This document shows positions 13,166 to 25,121 of a DNA stretch of 64,000 nucleotides, in pieces. Position numbers and translations under genes: made by a program. The notes beneath the pieces are model-generated. The model saw nothing but the letters and a program-made list of their open reading frames with translations, was not told where the DNA came from and made no database searches. Location: the NCBI RefSeq assembly GCF_011745625.1, contig NW_027191454.1, positions 744,001 to 808,000 of the forward strand, written 5' to 3'. Numbering within the stretch: position 1 is the first letter of the stretch; every line of letters starts with the position of its first letter. Source of the stretch: Cladosporium halotolerans. Its lineage: Eukaryota.

Positions 13166-13654
13166 ATGGCGCAGAATGTCCTGCTGGAAACCTCTATGGG
13201 CTCGATTGTTGTCGAGCTCTACAACTCCCACGCGCCGAAGACATGCCAGAACTTCTCGACCCTCGCCTCGCGCAACTATTACAACGGCACGATCTTCCAC
13301 CGCATTATCTCTGACTTCATGATCCAAGGCGGTGATCCTACTGGTACTGGACGCGGAGGCTCTTCTATCTACGGCGACAAGTTTGAGGACGAGATCCGCT
13401 CCGATCTCAAGCACACGGGTGCCGGCATTCTGAGCATGGCGAACAGTGGTCCCAACACCAACGGCAGCCAGTTCTTCATTACGCTGGCTCCGACGCCTTG
13501 GCTTGATGGGAAGCACACCATATTCGGTCGTGTTAAGAGCGGGATGAAGATTGTTCAGAGGATGGGCTTGGTTAAGGTGGGCGCAGAAGATCGGCCGACT
13601 GAGGAAGTGCGGATTGTGAGCGCAAGGGTTCTCCAAGGCGAGGATGACCTATGA
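13166..13654 (+). CDS. Cyclophilin-type peptidyl-prolyl isomerase, PPIL1-like (spliceosomal)
   Basis: [62 protein letters not shown]; 162 aa, intronless. Confidence 0.93.
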   Translation: MAQNVLLETSMGSIVVELYNSHAPKTCQNFSTLASRNYYNGTIFHRIISDFMIQGGDPTGTGRGGSSIYGDKFEDEIRSDLKHTGAGILSMANSGPNTNGSQFFITLAPTPWLDGKHTIFGRVKSGMKIVQRMGLVKVGAEDRPTEEVRIVSARVLQGEDDL

Positions 13655-13850
13655 GGAAATCATGGACTTCAATGATACCACCAAATGAACGGAATGACCA
13701 CAGCAAGAACGGACCATCAGAGAGGCGCGAAGGCGGGCACACCCGGAATGATCGCATACATGCGTTTAAGACATTGTACGCCACTTCAACCGAACCTAAA
13801 GATGGGCTTGCATTCTGACTAAACTACAGTACTTCGGAGCGCTCGATGTC

Positions 13851-15065
13851 TCACGACAATGGTCCGTTGGGGTGCAGTAGAACTTTCGTGTAGCCGTCCA
13901 CGCGGCGATCGAACTTGTCGTAGGCATCCGGTGCCTCATCGATGCCAACCTCGTGCGACACGACAAAAGACGGCTTGGCTCTTCCACTGACAATGAGATC
14001 TCGCAAGTAACGATTGTACGCTTTCACGTTGCACTGCCCCGTACCAAGCTTCAGACCTTTCTCGAACAACTTGCCGAAGCTGATGAGGATCTGGCCCTTG
14101 CCCGATTGTGCATCTGGCGCGCCGGGATCAGATGGCACATAGAGTCCAGGAATTCCAAGGCCTCCTGTCGGACGAGTGACGTGGATCAGCTGGTCCAGAA
14201 CCACATTAGGCTGCTCGGTCTTTCCGCTCTTGTCGACCGCCTGGTAACCAACAGCATCGACTGCGCGGTCAACCATTCCTCCGTTCTTCTCAATAATTTG
14301 ATCCACTGGGTTGCCTTGCGTGAAGTTGATGGGAATGCATCCGATCTTCTTGGCGGCATCTAGGCGCTCCTTGACCTGGTCAACGACAAATACGTTGGAA
14401 GCGCCGCGCAGAGTTGCAGAATACGCTGCCATGAGTCCCACGGGACCGGCACCAAAGACCGCCACACTTTCGCCAGGCTTGAAGCCGCTGAGCTCCAAGC
14501 CGTGCCAGCCAGTCGGGAAGATGTCTGCCAGCAGAGCAAAATCCGCCTCGTGCTCAGTGCCCGGCGGCAAGATCAGCGCATTGAAATCGGCAAACGGTAC
14601 TCTCAAATACTGAGCTTGTCCGCCCTGGTACGGGCCCATCGCAACATAACCGTACGCGCCTCCGGCAAAGCCTGGGTTGACACCGGTACAGAATGCTGTC
14701 CTTCCCTCCTCGCAGTTCCTGCAGCGGCCATCGGCGACATTGAACGGCAGGACAATTCTATCGCCCTTCTTCAGAAGAGTCACTCCGCTTCCAGTTTCGG
14801 TGACGATGCCCATGTTCTCATGACCAAACACAAGGCCATTCTCCGCCGCCGTGCGGCCTTGGTACATGCTGGTTCGATTTAGCGGTCGTGCGCCTGACAT
14901 CGGCCACCATCATACTTACTGCAAGTCGGAGCCGCAAATACAAGCCGTCGTAACCTTGATAATCACATCGTCCGGGTGCTGGATCTTAGGTAGGTCGATC
15001 TCCTTGACAGAGACCTTGAACGGTCCGTCATAGTGGAGTGCCTTCATTTTCGTTTGCGTGGCCAT
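13851..15065 (-). CDS. Zn-dependent MDR dehydrogenase, glutathione-independent formaldehyde dehydrogenase-like (intron 14919-14869)
   Basis: ICGSDLH, FGHE, ADIFPTGWH, GAGPVG, DAVGYQA, GLYVPSDPG motifs; exon 1 starts MATQTKMKALHYDGPF. Confidence 0.88.
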
Positions 15066-16469
15066 GATGGTTACTTCCTTCGAACAGTTTTTCGACGTTC
15101 AGCAAATGTCCCTCAGTTCGATTAATCTTGCGACTTGCTTTTCAAAACAACGCTGACGTCTTTGCGGACACTTATAAATTCCCTTAGCCCATTGCGTCCA
15201 CTCTCGCCCACTGTTGACATCAAGGCGGGGCAAGCTGCGGAACGCAGCGGGGAACCTCTGACTGGCGTCGCAGACAAGCCAACGTCCCATGGCATTTGCG
15301 GGGAGAAGGATGCTGTCGAACCTATAGGCACTATTGCCGGAGTCTGACTACGTCCGCTCGCTAAAGCTGGATTGTACAGTATTTGAGATGTGGTGGTCGG
15401 TATCTTGGTAGGCTTGATGTATCGGCTCTTTTGCGGCTCGTGGGCCAAAGCTCGATCAGGATCTGGGTTTGTGGAAGCCGACGTTGATATACATTGCCCT
15501 GCGCGCAAGTAAACTTGTACAAACAAATACTGAACTCGATACCGTATTGTGACCTAGCCTTATACTTCTGAGTACTTTGCCATGCACGGTACAGTGGCAC
15601 TTTCTACGCTGTATGCTGACAGGCCGATAGAAGCCACGTGAGGGGTTCGTAGCAGCCACGGCTAAAAGGTGCTGCCGTCATCTTGCTCATGAATGCATAC
15701 CGTGCAAACTTCTAAGGCACCCAGTGATAGCGTGATGTTAAAGCAGACGGTCTAGGTAGTTGCTTCGTGGGATGACAACTACGGGTCCGCTCTGGGCCAG
15801 TGAATGCATACTGCAAGTCCCTCCGCGTGTGGCTTCCTAGGAACTTTGTCTTGTCCGAAGCGAGAATGCCATACGACGTGGTGCGTTGGCGATGTGGGTA
15901 GCCCTAGATTCTGCGTTCTTCTACCCTTTGGAGTTACGTCGTGCTGAGTGAGCCGAGTCGTGCTTCAGCTTCTGTGCGATGACATTGACCTAGCAGCATG
16001 AATTCAGTCAGGCATTCTTAGCCGTCACTAGAAATTGGGGTACGACAATGTTGGAGGCTTTTACCATTTCTCTGATGAGTCTGCTGCAATATCGGAAGTT
16101 TCGACCGCACAGCCCCAGCTGTCAAAGCCAACGAGGAACAGATAAGATAGAATCATCGTATTGGAGCTGCTCGGCGAACAAATCAGAGAGGCGGCAGAGT
16201 CCTCGAGTAAACAAGGGTTTTTGTAGAAGTCGGTTGTATTGCCTACACCGGATATTGCTACATTACACTGCATGCATTTCAGCGTAAAGCTGCTGTCTTC
16301 CCTTCCCAGTGTACAAGTTTTGCGCCTCGGTAGGCGGTTGGCCTAGCAAGCCGTAGAAATGGATGGCATGTGCTGGATTCCAGCTTGCCTTGTCGCACAT
16401 CTCATCTGCCCTCTTCTTCCCAAGCGTATTTTTCAGAGCTCCGGCTCATTCAGAGCTTCTTTCAACCAT

Positions 16470-16901
16470 CTATTGCGCCGCGCTAGTGACCTCGACAGTG
16501 CCGTCCTGCACGTTCGATCCACGCTCGACAAGGACCTTAGGGCTGGCGAAAAGGCCCTCGCCCAGCTTCTGTGCCTCAGTGCCAGCGTTGAGGCCACCCT
16601 CGCGCTCTGCTCTTCTCCGCCTCTTCTCAATCAGCCTGTCCCTGGTCTCTCCGAGATAGCGCATCTGGTTGTCCTCCATGCCCTGCAGCCAGTAGCCAAA
16701 GGAGGCACCGACCAAGCCGTAGATAGGGTATGCGAAAAGTCCCTGGCGGTAGAAGAAGGGGCGCATCTCAATACCGAGTTGCCATAGGCGGACGGCGACG
16801 CCTAAACATGGTTAGTATTCTCATTTTCCTGTTGCCTTTCCTCTATTTTCGTTGTGTTTGCGCGTACCGAAGCCGGACCAGAAGAGGATTTTGGAGACCA
16901 T
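16470..16901 (-). CDS. Mitochondrial complex I accessory subunit, fungal 14-kDa (NDUFC2-like) (intron 16867-16802)
   Basis: Spliced product MVSKILFWSGFGVAVRLWQLGIEMRPFF...GASFGYWLQG matches the fungal 14-kDa NADH dehydrogenase subunit pattern. Confidence 0.8.
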
Positions 16902-17380
16902 TGTCGCTGCTGGGTTCGCGCCCGCGCGGGGTTGCAGTTGCTATGTGGAGATCGGTGGGTGTTCGTAAGGCCCTCCGACTGTGCAGTGGTCGGGTAAGGG
17001 TGGTGTTTACAGTGTGGGCTGAGTAAGCGTCACGCGCCAATGGTCGTGTGAATGGAGGTGATGTCGCACAGCAGCAGCTTCGTCCTCCCTGCGGCGGCGG
17101 CTGAGCGGCACGTCGGGAAGTCGCGGGACTCAGTGTTTTGGCGGGGAAGCGAGGGCGGCGACTTTTGGCCGGGCACTCGCCTCGTCTCAGCTTCGCGGCA
17201 GCAGACCTCGTTCACGTCACTTCCGGCGATAAGCTCGTTATCGCCCTGCGCTGTAGCTGCAGCCGAAACGATTACCCGCGCCCGGACAGTTCACTGCAGC
17301 ACCCAGCATCACCACCACGTGCTCCCGCGCCCGACATCGAGTGAGCTGGACAAGTCTCGAGCTTGACCACCACTCCGCAC

Positions 17381-20160
17381 ATGCCATCAGTACCGACACG
17401 GCCCTCCGTCCGGCAAGCCACTCCCACTTCCCCTCCGGACAGCCGCAAACGCAAGCGGATCCAGCAACAGGGTTCGCCTGAGAGAAACCACACCTTCCAG
17501 TCAGCGCTCGCTGGGCAGGACGATCAAATTGCTTCCACTCCATCCGACAAGCGCTCGAGATCTTCTGCTGCCAACTCTCCTTCTCGGACTACTCCGCTGC
17601 CCAGACAGCTCAGTTCAAACGAAATGTACAACTTCCCGTCTTCTCGCCAATCCCCCGCCACAAATGGCAGCAACACAGCCATCGACCTCACCGGAAGCCC
17701 TCCTCCCACGTCACAGACCCGCCGAATCAATGGAGCGCTCCCAAGGCCACAAGCAAGAGGTGGGATCAATCCCGCCACTGGAGCAAAGAAGTTGGTTGTC
17801 AAGAACTTGAAGCCAAATACGCAATGGGACAGCAAAGCATACCTGGAGAAGATATGGGGTCAGCTAGATGCGGCCTTGGTTTTGGTCTTCAAGGACACAT
17901 CGGAGGGTTTCAGCAAAGAAGACCTGTACCGGGGCGTGGAAAACGTGTGCCGACAAGGAGGAGCCTCTACATTGTACAGTCGGCTGGACAACAGGTGTCG
18001 ACAACATGTGGAGAGGGACATGCGTGACCCTCTTGTCCAAAAGACCGGTGGTGCTAATGTCGACATGTTGTCCGCTGTCATTGCTGAGTGGACTCGATGG
18101 AAGGAGCAGATGACTATCATCCGCTCAGTGTTCTTCTTCCTTGATCGATCATATCTGTTGTCTTCCAGCAAGACAAATCTGTCCGATCTCACACCAAAGC
18201 TGTTCCGGGAGATCGTCTTCAGTAACGAATCAGTAAAGTCGCACGTAATAGAGGGGGCTTGCGACCTTGTCGCTGCCGATCGCCACCGGCAATCAGACGC
18301 GGATCACAATCTCTTCAGGCAAGCTGTGGAGATGTTTCACGAGCTTGCAGTATACACTGCGAGCTTCGAACCACGGTTCCTGGGCCACAGTCAGGAGTTT
18401 GTGGATCACTGGTCGACAGACACAAGCAGCCAGAAGACTGTCCCTGAGTATGTGGCACTTGCTGGTGACTGCATCGCAAAAGAAATCAGCAGATGCGAGG
18501 ACTTTGCGCTTTCTCTCAGCACAAGGAGAGACCTCCTGTCTCTGCTTGAACAACACATCATTGTCCGACGGGAAGCATACCTCACCAGCGACGAAGCTTT
18601 AAGTCCCTTGCTGGAGAATCACGCAGTAGCAGATCTCACTGCATTGTACGCTCTGCTGAATCGTAGACGACTAGGTAATAAGCTAAAGCCAGCGTTCGAG
18701 AAATGGGTAAACGAAACTGGCACAAGTGTCGTCTTTGCAAAAGACTCTGAAGACATGATCATCCACATTCTGTCGCTAAAGAGGCGTTTGGATTCCATCT
18801 GGAAACTTGCATTCCAGCGAGATGAGGCCCTCGGTCATGGCTTAAGGGAGAGTTTCGAGGTCTTCATGAACAAGACCAAGAAGGGTGACTCTACTTGGGG
18901 CACGGACAACTCTAAGGTTGGCGAGATGATCGCAAAATACGTGGACCAGCTCCTTCGGGGAGGTGCAAAAGCCATTCCAGAGGTTCTCACGGCGAAGAGA
19001 AACTCGGTCACAGAAGCAGCAGCCACATTGCCGAATGCCGCTGAAGAGGATAACAACGAGGATGATGCGTTAGACGAGGACACCGAGATCAACATCCAAC
19101 TAGATCAGGTCCTCGATCTTTTCCGCTTCGTTCACGGGAAGGCTGTCTTTGAAGCCTTCTACAAGAAAGACCTGGCTCGTCGTTTGCTCATGGGACGTAG
19201 CGCCAGTGCGGATGCAGAGCGTAGCATGTTGACCAGGCTCAAGACCGAGTGCGGAAGTGGCTTCACCCAGAATCTTGAACAGATGTTCAAGGATGTGGAA
19301 CTTGCTCGTGAAGAGATGCAGTCGTATAAGCAACGGCTCGAGGATCGCGACGGTTACACGAAGGGCAAGAGAGTCGATTTGAACGTTAACATTCTCAGTT
19401 CCGCCGCCTGGCCGACATACCCGGACATTCCAGTCGTCATCCCAGCGGATGTCAAGAAGGCGATTGATGACTTCGAGCTGCACTACAAGAGCAAGCACAG
19501 CGGAAGGAAGCTGGATTGGAAGCACGCTCTGGCACACTGTCAAATGCGTGCTACTTTCGGCAAGACAACCAAGGAACTCGTTGTGTCCAGCTTCCAAGCC
19601 GTCGTTTTGTTGCTGTTCAACGCAGTACCAGACGGGGAGCACCTGGCCTATTCGCACATCCTGACCGAAACCGGCCTCCGTAAGACAACCCACACAAGCC
19701 TCAACACTTCAATCGATCAGCTGACATCTTCCTCCCAGCCGAACCCGAAGTCAAACGCACCCTCCAATCTCTTGCCTGCGCCAAACTCCGCCCCCTCACC
19801 AAGCACCCGAAGGGCAAAGACATCTCGCCCACCGACACCTTCACCTTCAACCGAGACTTCACGCACCCCAAGTATCGTGTCAAGATCAACCAGGTGCAGC
19901 TCAAAGAGACGAAGGAGGAGAACAAGGAGACGCACATGCGCGTGCAGGAGGACCGCAACTTCGAGGCCCAGGCGGCCATCGTGCGCATCATGAAGAGCAG
20001 GAAGACGATCGGCCACTCCGAGCTCGTCAGCGAGGTCATCAAGGCCACCATGAGCCGCGGCGTGTTGGCCGTGGCGGATATCAAGAGGAACATCGATCGG
20101 TTGATCGAGAAGGATTACATGGAGCGCGAGGACGACGGGAAGTATTCGTACGTAGCATAG
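17381..20160 (+). CDS. cul4: Cullin-4 (intron 19680-19738)
   Basis: KKLVVKNLK N-terminal CUL4 motif, FEAFYKKDLARRLLMGRSASADAE, ECGSGFTQNLEQMFKD, neddylation domain QAAIVRIMKSRK...YSYVA. Confidence 0.95.
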
Positions 20161-21049
20161 ATGTTGCGTGCGGGTAGGGCCTTGCCGCCGCCAGAGTGTT
20201 GCTCTGGACGGGCAGCCGGGAGGCGGCGGGCTCTTATGGACACTAGACAAGAGCAAAGCAAATATACCCGTTTCAGTGGTCATGGTCGCTCATCTTGAAA
20301 TGTCTCTTCTTTAAACAGCGGATGTCAGCCCTGCCTCCCTCACAGGGGCCTGTAAAGATCGACAACGTGACGACCGTGAAATCTGTCACTTGCCAGAGTC
20401 TATCATAATAAAGGAAACGGCATTGAGACAGAAAATGGAAGATACTCATGGAACGAAGAAATAAAGCAACACTTTTGTCTCCATTCCCACAGCCAGCAGA
20501 AGCCCCTATCTACGTCGAAAACACACTGGCAGACCCCTCCGTCGCAAATAATCACATGTGGAGGGGCTCGCCAATCCTTTTTTAGGGTAGCCGATCCTCC
20601 ATTCTGCTTTTTCCGGGAAATCATATCAAAGCACATGAAAAGAAGCAGCTGAGAGGCAGCAGGCAGCAGCAAAGGATGAAGAGCCAAAGACAAGAATTGA
20701 GAATCAAAAAAAAAAAACGCTTCGCTTTTTCCTCTGCCTGGGGAGGGTATCCAGCAAAAGAAAAAGAACAAGGGAAGCAACAGGATGAAGAATTGGATAA
20801 TGTACCATGAAAGGTTTGGAGAGCCAAGGGCCCTCACATCGTTCATTCGCGTTTAGCAAGAAAGTGGAGAGAAGTCGAAGGCGCAGAAGAATCAGATAGG
20901 TGAAGCTGTGGCTTTTCGTGACCGGAGACGACGGAATCGTAGAAGGCGCCTACTTTGTTGTAAGCCCTCGAGTAGCGTCGATGCGCTCTTTCCGCCGACC
21001 GGTCTCGGAAGGATTTGCCGTGAGAGTCATCGGTTGAGTCGTAGGGTTT

Positions 21050-22826
21050 CTAGCCCTGGTAGCCGCCAAAGCCGCGACCGAAAGGCGCCTGGCCCTGGGG
21101 AGTGAAGCCGCCTGCGCTCTGGGAGCCATTGAAGCCTCCAGCGCTCTGCGGTGCCATGCCGAAGCCACCGAGGCCAGCCTGAACGCCGGAAGGAGTCTGA
21201 CCGTGCCAAGTGCCAGGAGGAGGCTGGTTACCGAACTGGCCAAGCGGGGTAGAAGCTGTGTGAAAGTTAGTGGTGAATGTCAGTAATGGAGTTGCCCATG
21301 GCTACTCACCCTGCTGAGGAGACATCGGGTTCGGTCCCTGGCCATACTGCGGGAAGAAAGCGGCCGGAGTCTGAGGGTAGGCAGATCCAGGGAAACCGCC
21401 GGCGGACTGAGGGAAGCCACCAGCAGACTGGTCAAAGCCGGCACCGGTCGGCGGGCGGTCCTTGCCCCACTAAAAGCAGTTAGTTTTGGAATCTAAGAGC
21501 ATGTCGCAAGATTGTCATGGACTTACGCTGCATTTCAGCGGACGGCCGTTAACCTGGTATCCGTTGAGCTGGCAGATGGCGTTGGCGGCGTTCTCGTGGG
21601 TGTCCATCTTGACGAAAGCGAAGCCGCGGTCCGACTGGAAACGAGTCTCGGTGACATAGCCGAAGTTCTGGAAAAGCGGAACAAGGTCGTTCTGAGTGGT
21701 GTAAGGAGTCAGGTTGCCGACGTAGCAGGTAGTCTGCCATGCCGGAGTCTGTTGGACGACCATCTCGTAGGAGTTGGCACCTTGGGTAGGGAAGCTGTGG
21801 TGGCCGAAAGGAGTGGTCGGAGTCATGCCCATGGCGCTCATCGCCTGTTGCTGAGAGTAGGAGGGCTGGCCCTTCTGGTTGGCCCAGTTGCAGCGAATCG
21901 CGCGAGAGCCGAGCCACTCGCCATCCATGTTGGAGAGCGCCTTCTCAGCGTCACTGCGCTCGCGAAATGCGACGAATCCGTATCCGCGAGAGCGACCGGT
22001 CTTCATGTCCCACATGACGCGGGCCTCGGAAACATTGCCGAAGGCAGAGAACGCCTGAAGCAAGACCTCGTCATTCACCTCGTTGGAGAGGTCGCCGACG
22101 AAGATGTGGAAGTGGTTCGAGGTATCCTCCTTGGTGACATTGTTTGACTGGTAGGCCCAGTTGACGCGGATCTCTTGCTGGTGAACACGGCGGCCGTTGA
22201 GGGTCTGCATGGCGCGCTCTGCCGCACCGGGGTCGTCGTACTCAACGAAGCCGTAGTTGTAGCCCTTGGATTGGAACTGGGAGGAAGTGTCGTTAGTCAT
22301 GATGTTGAGGCGTTGTCGTAAGAGTACGTGCGAGAAAGAGGGAAAGTTATCGGCACAGTTGACGCGATGTCACTGCACGAGTGAGTTGAACGGCGGCACG
22401 TCAGGTGAAAGTGGTCCGTGTAGAACCCATTCACGTGCGTCGCTTATCATCGGTGCAGGTGAAGCTTGTGCAAAATCTACTCACGTTCTTGTCCGGGATA
22501 ATCTTGACATTCTGCACATGTCCGGTAGTCTCAAAGATCTGCCTCAGGACCTCCTCAGTGACCCTGGGGTCCAAACCACCCACGTACAGGGCTCTCTTGT
22601 TCGGCTCCGGGGCAGCGCGCCTAATGGTGCCGCCGGCGCTCATCGGAGAGGTCATGCCGTTGGGGTCGGACATGTCCCTCGGAAGAGGATTGGTGTTCTG
22701 GGGGATGTTCAGGCCGAGCGGTGGCTGCGCTGGCATGCCCTGGCCGTTGCCGTTCTCGAAGGCAGCCTGGCCGGGCATAGCGGGCGCCATGGAGAAGGCG
22801 GGACCCGAGTTTCCGTTGTCGGCCAT
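21050..22826 (-). CDS. pub1: Three-RRM poly(U)/ARE-binding protein Pub1 (TIA-1 family); exons 22826-22485, 22276-21527, 21469-21310, 21255-21050
   Basis: RRMs ALYVGGL/YGFVEY, HIFVGDLS/RSRGYGFVAF, CYVGNL/RGFAFVK; IRCNWAN and LKCSWGK; G/Q/P-rich tail. Confidence 0.93.
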
Positions 22827-23693
22827 TGCGATAACGGAGTGTATCGAAGAGAGAGATGGAGAAAGATGCAGGGATCAGAGGGGTGAAAAGCGCGGGAAAG
22901 CTGAGCTGACTGGAAAGAGATTAGGCGGCTGAAGGAGGAAGGGGAGTTTGCAGGTCGCACAACGCACAAACAGAACAGACTCGGACGCTTTTGACTGCCT
23001 CGCGGACGCGCGTGGGAGAGCGATGAAGCAGGGAGAAAAAGTAACCTGGAGCAGCAAGCGTGGTAAGAAATCGGCCAAGGATGCACGTGAGGCTGCACGA
23101 GGCACAGGCAGGGCGAGCGAACCAGCTAAAGGACTTGGGAAGAGAAGCCGGGGGTTCGCGTGCCTGAGAACGGAACGCTGCAGCGAAAAGGGACGACGAC
23201 ACAAGGAGATGCGAAACGACGAAAAGAGACGGTCTGCAAGACGCGGTCGTGTGTCGAGGCGGAGGAGGGGTGGTCGGGCGAAGAGAGGATCAAGGTTGGC
23301 GGGCGGTTGCTGGCAGCCGTTCTGTGTTCTGGCGCCAGGGACTCGGCCTGGCCCGTCGGGAAGCCTCCGCCGGCGAAGCCAACCGTGCCAACCCACTCGG
23401 CCTGCGCTGCCGCCCGGAAGCTGCCGAGGCGCCCTCCCTTCAAGCTTCAACGGCGCCGTGCTGTGAGGGAGAGTCCGCAGCCTTGCGCGCAGCTGCCGGA
23501 GTGTATACGCGCACACCCCTCGAGGCATCATCGCACATCGCATCCTCGTCCCTCCTCGCGCGACCAAGAGACCAAGCAGTATCACGTGTCTTGTCAGCAC
23601 GACTGTTCGTATGACCTCATCCATACAACGTTAATCTCAGCATCACTCTCCCTGCCACGAAGTTCCGTACATTACCACCCCTGCTTCCACGAT

Positions 23694-24872
23694 ATGGATA
23701 CGCCACAGCAGGCATTAGACGCATTGCAGCGCGAGGTTAACCTCATCGTGAGTGCCGCCATCGCTACTAACTTTTGTCTTCTGCCTCCAACTCTGACCCA
23801 ACGAACAGCTCGAATCCACCGGAAGGCTGTTTGCCGCCGCCAACAACTCGGCTCCTGAAGCGGCACTCGCCCGCGCATCACGTCTGAAACAGCAGCTTCC
23901 GGTGTCCAACAATCGGTTTCACCAAGCGCTCGATGTTCTCGATGAAGAACTTGTAGGTCCATCTTTACGCCTTGATAGAAGCCATCAAGCTAACCGGAAT
24001 AGCAATTCGCCAAGGCGGTGATGCGCCGTGATCTTGCGGTCGCCAGGGCCAACTCGAATGTCAAACCCGAGGTCAAGCAAGATGACGCTTCTGCAAACGC
24101 TCTCTCCGTCTCAGTGAAGCCGGAGCCCGAAGCCCAAACGAAGGAGGTCAAGACCGAAGATGTCGCTACCGAACAGCAAGCATCACAGCCTGAATCTGCG
24201 ACCCAAAGCCAGCCGCAACAGCTCAAGTCACCAAAGAAGAGATCCAGCCCTTCGCTCGAGGATGATACCTCGCTCGAGCCCGAAGCGAAGAAGCAGGCTG
24301 TTGGTGAAGAGAAGCCGGTGGCAAGCGACGTTCCGCCCTCAGATGTGAAACTCGAGCTTGACACGAAAGCACCCGAGCAACCAGACACGGATCAAGCGAC
24401 TGAAGACAAAGCACCCCATACGGCGACTTTCAGCAATACCGGCGATCTCGACTCATTATTCAACGACCCTGCTAGCGCGGGAGGCTTGGGTGGCGATAAC
24501 GGCGATGCTCCAGACTTCAGTACATCCGCTGATCTCAATGCGGAATTCGACTTCGGATCATTTACTGCTGACCTTGACGCAAACGCATCAAACGACAACG
24601 ATAATATTTCCGCTCTGCTGCCCGGGTTGCAAGACTACGCAAACAACACAGCCAATGTCGACCAAGACTTCAGTTCAATATTCAACACTGATGCCACGGC
24701 AAACCCTACCGACCAGACTAATAACACTGGCACAGGCGGTACGGACGATCAAACTGGCGGAACACAGCAAGACACTGCGTTTGATGACTTCTTCGATTTG
24801 ACCTTTGACATGAATGGTGATGGAGCTGAGAATCAAAATGGCGGCAACAGTTTCGATTTTGATTTCAGTTAA
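23694..24872 (+). CDS. Protein with a helical N-terminus and an acidic Phe/Asp/Asn-rich tail; candidate Mediator Med2/Med29-like (introns 23748-23808, 23953-24002)
   Basis: Spliced N-terminus MDTPQQALDALQREVNLILESTGRLF...RFHQALDVLDEELQFAKAVMRRDL; frame-consistent introns; the function is inference. Confidence 0.65.
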
Positions 24873-25121
24873 GATACCCGATAATAAGCAATGCTGTTTG
24901 TATTTCTAAATGCCCCTGCGGACTAATTTTGCGCGCCATTTTGCTTGGCCATCGAGTAGTAGCGGTCAGCTCACGAAGATGGAGTGACGTCGAAAATCAC
25001 CAAATGGGGACCCGGCTTCAGCAGGAAGGCACGACACAGCAATCATTCTCAGCGTACATTGTGCCTTGGCGACTCGACTGTAATCTCCAATGATTCACCA
25101 CCCTCGCAACCACGACAAGCC

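Noticed and set aside
15066..16469. 1.4-kb gene-free interval as a possible ncRNA or mobile element
   Set aside because: No tRNA cloverleaf, terminal repeats or convincing ORF seen by eye; treated as promoter/terminator DNA. An Rfam scan would be needed to exclude an ncRNA.
17363..19993. Apparent frameshift splitting cul4, and similar split ORFs in the MFS, pot1, GH92, FMO and GH2 genes
   Set aside because: Each break is explained by a canonical GT-AG intron with a branch site that restores the frame; these are not pseudogenes
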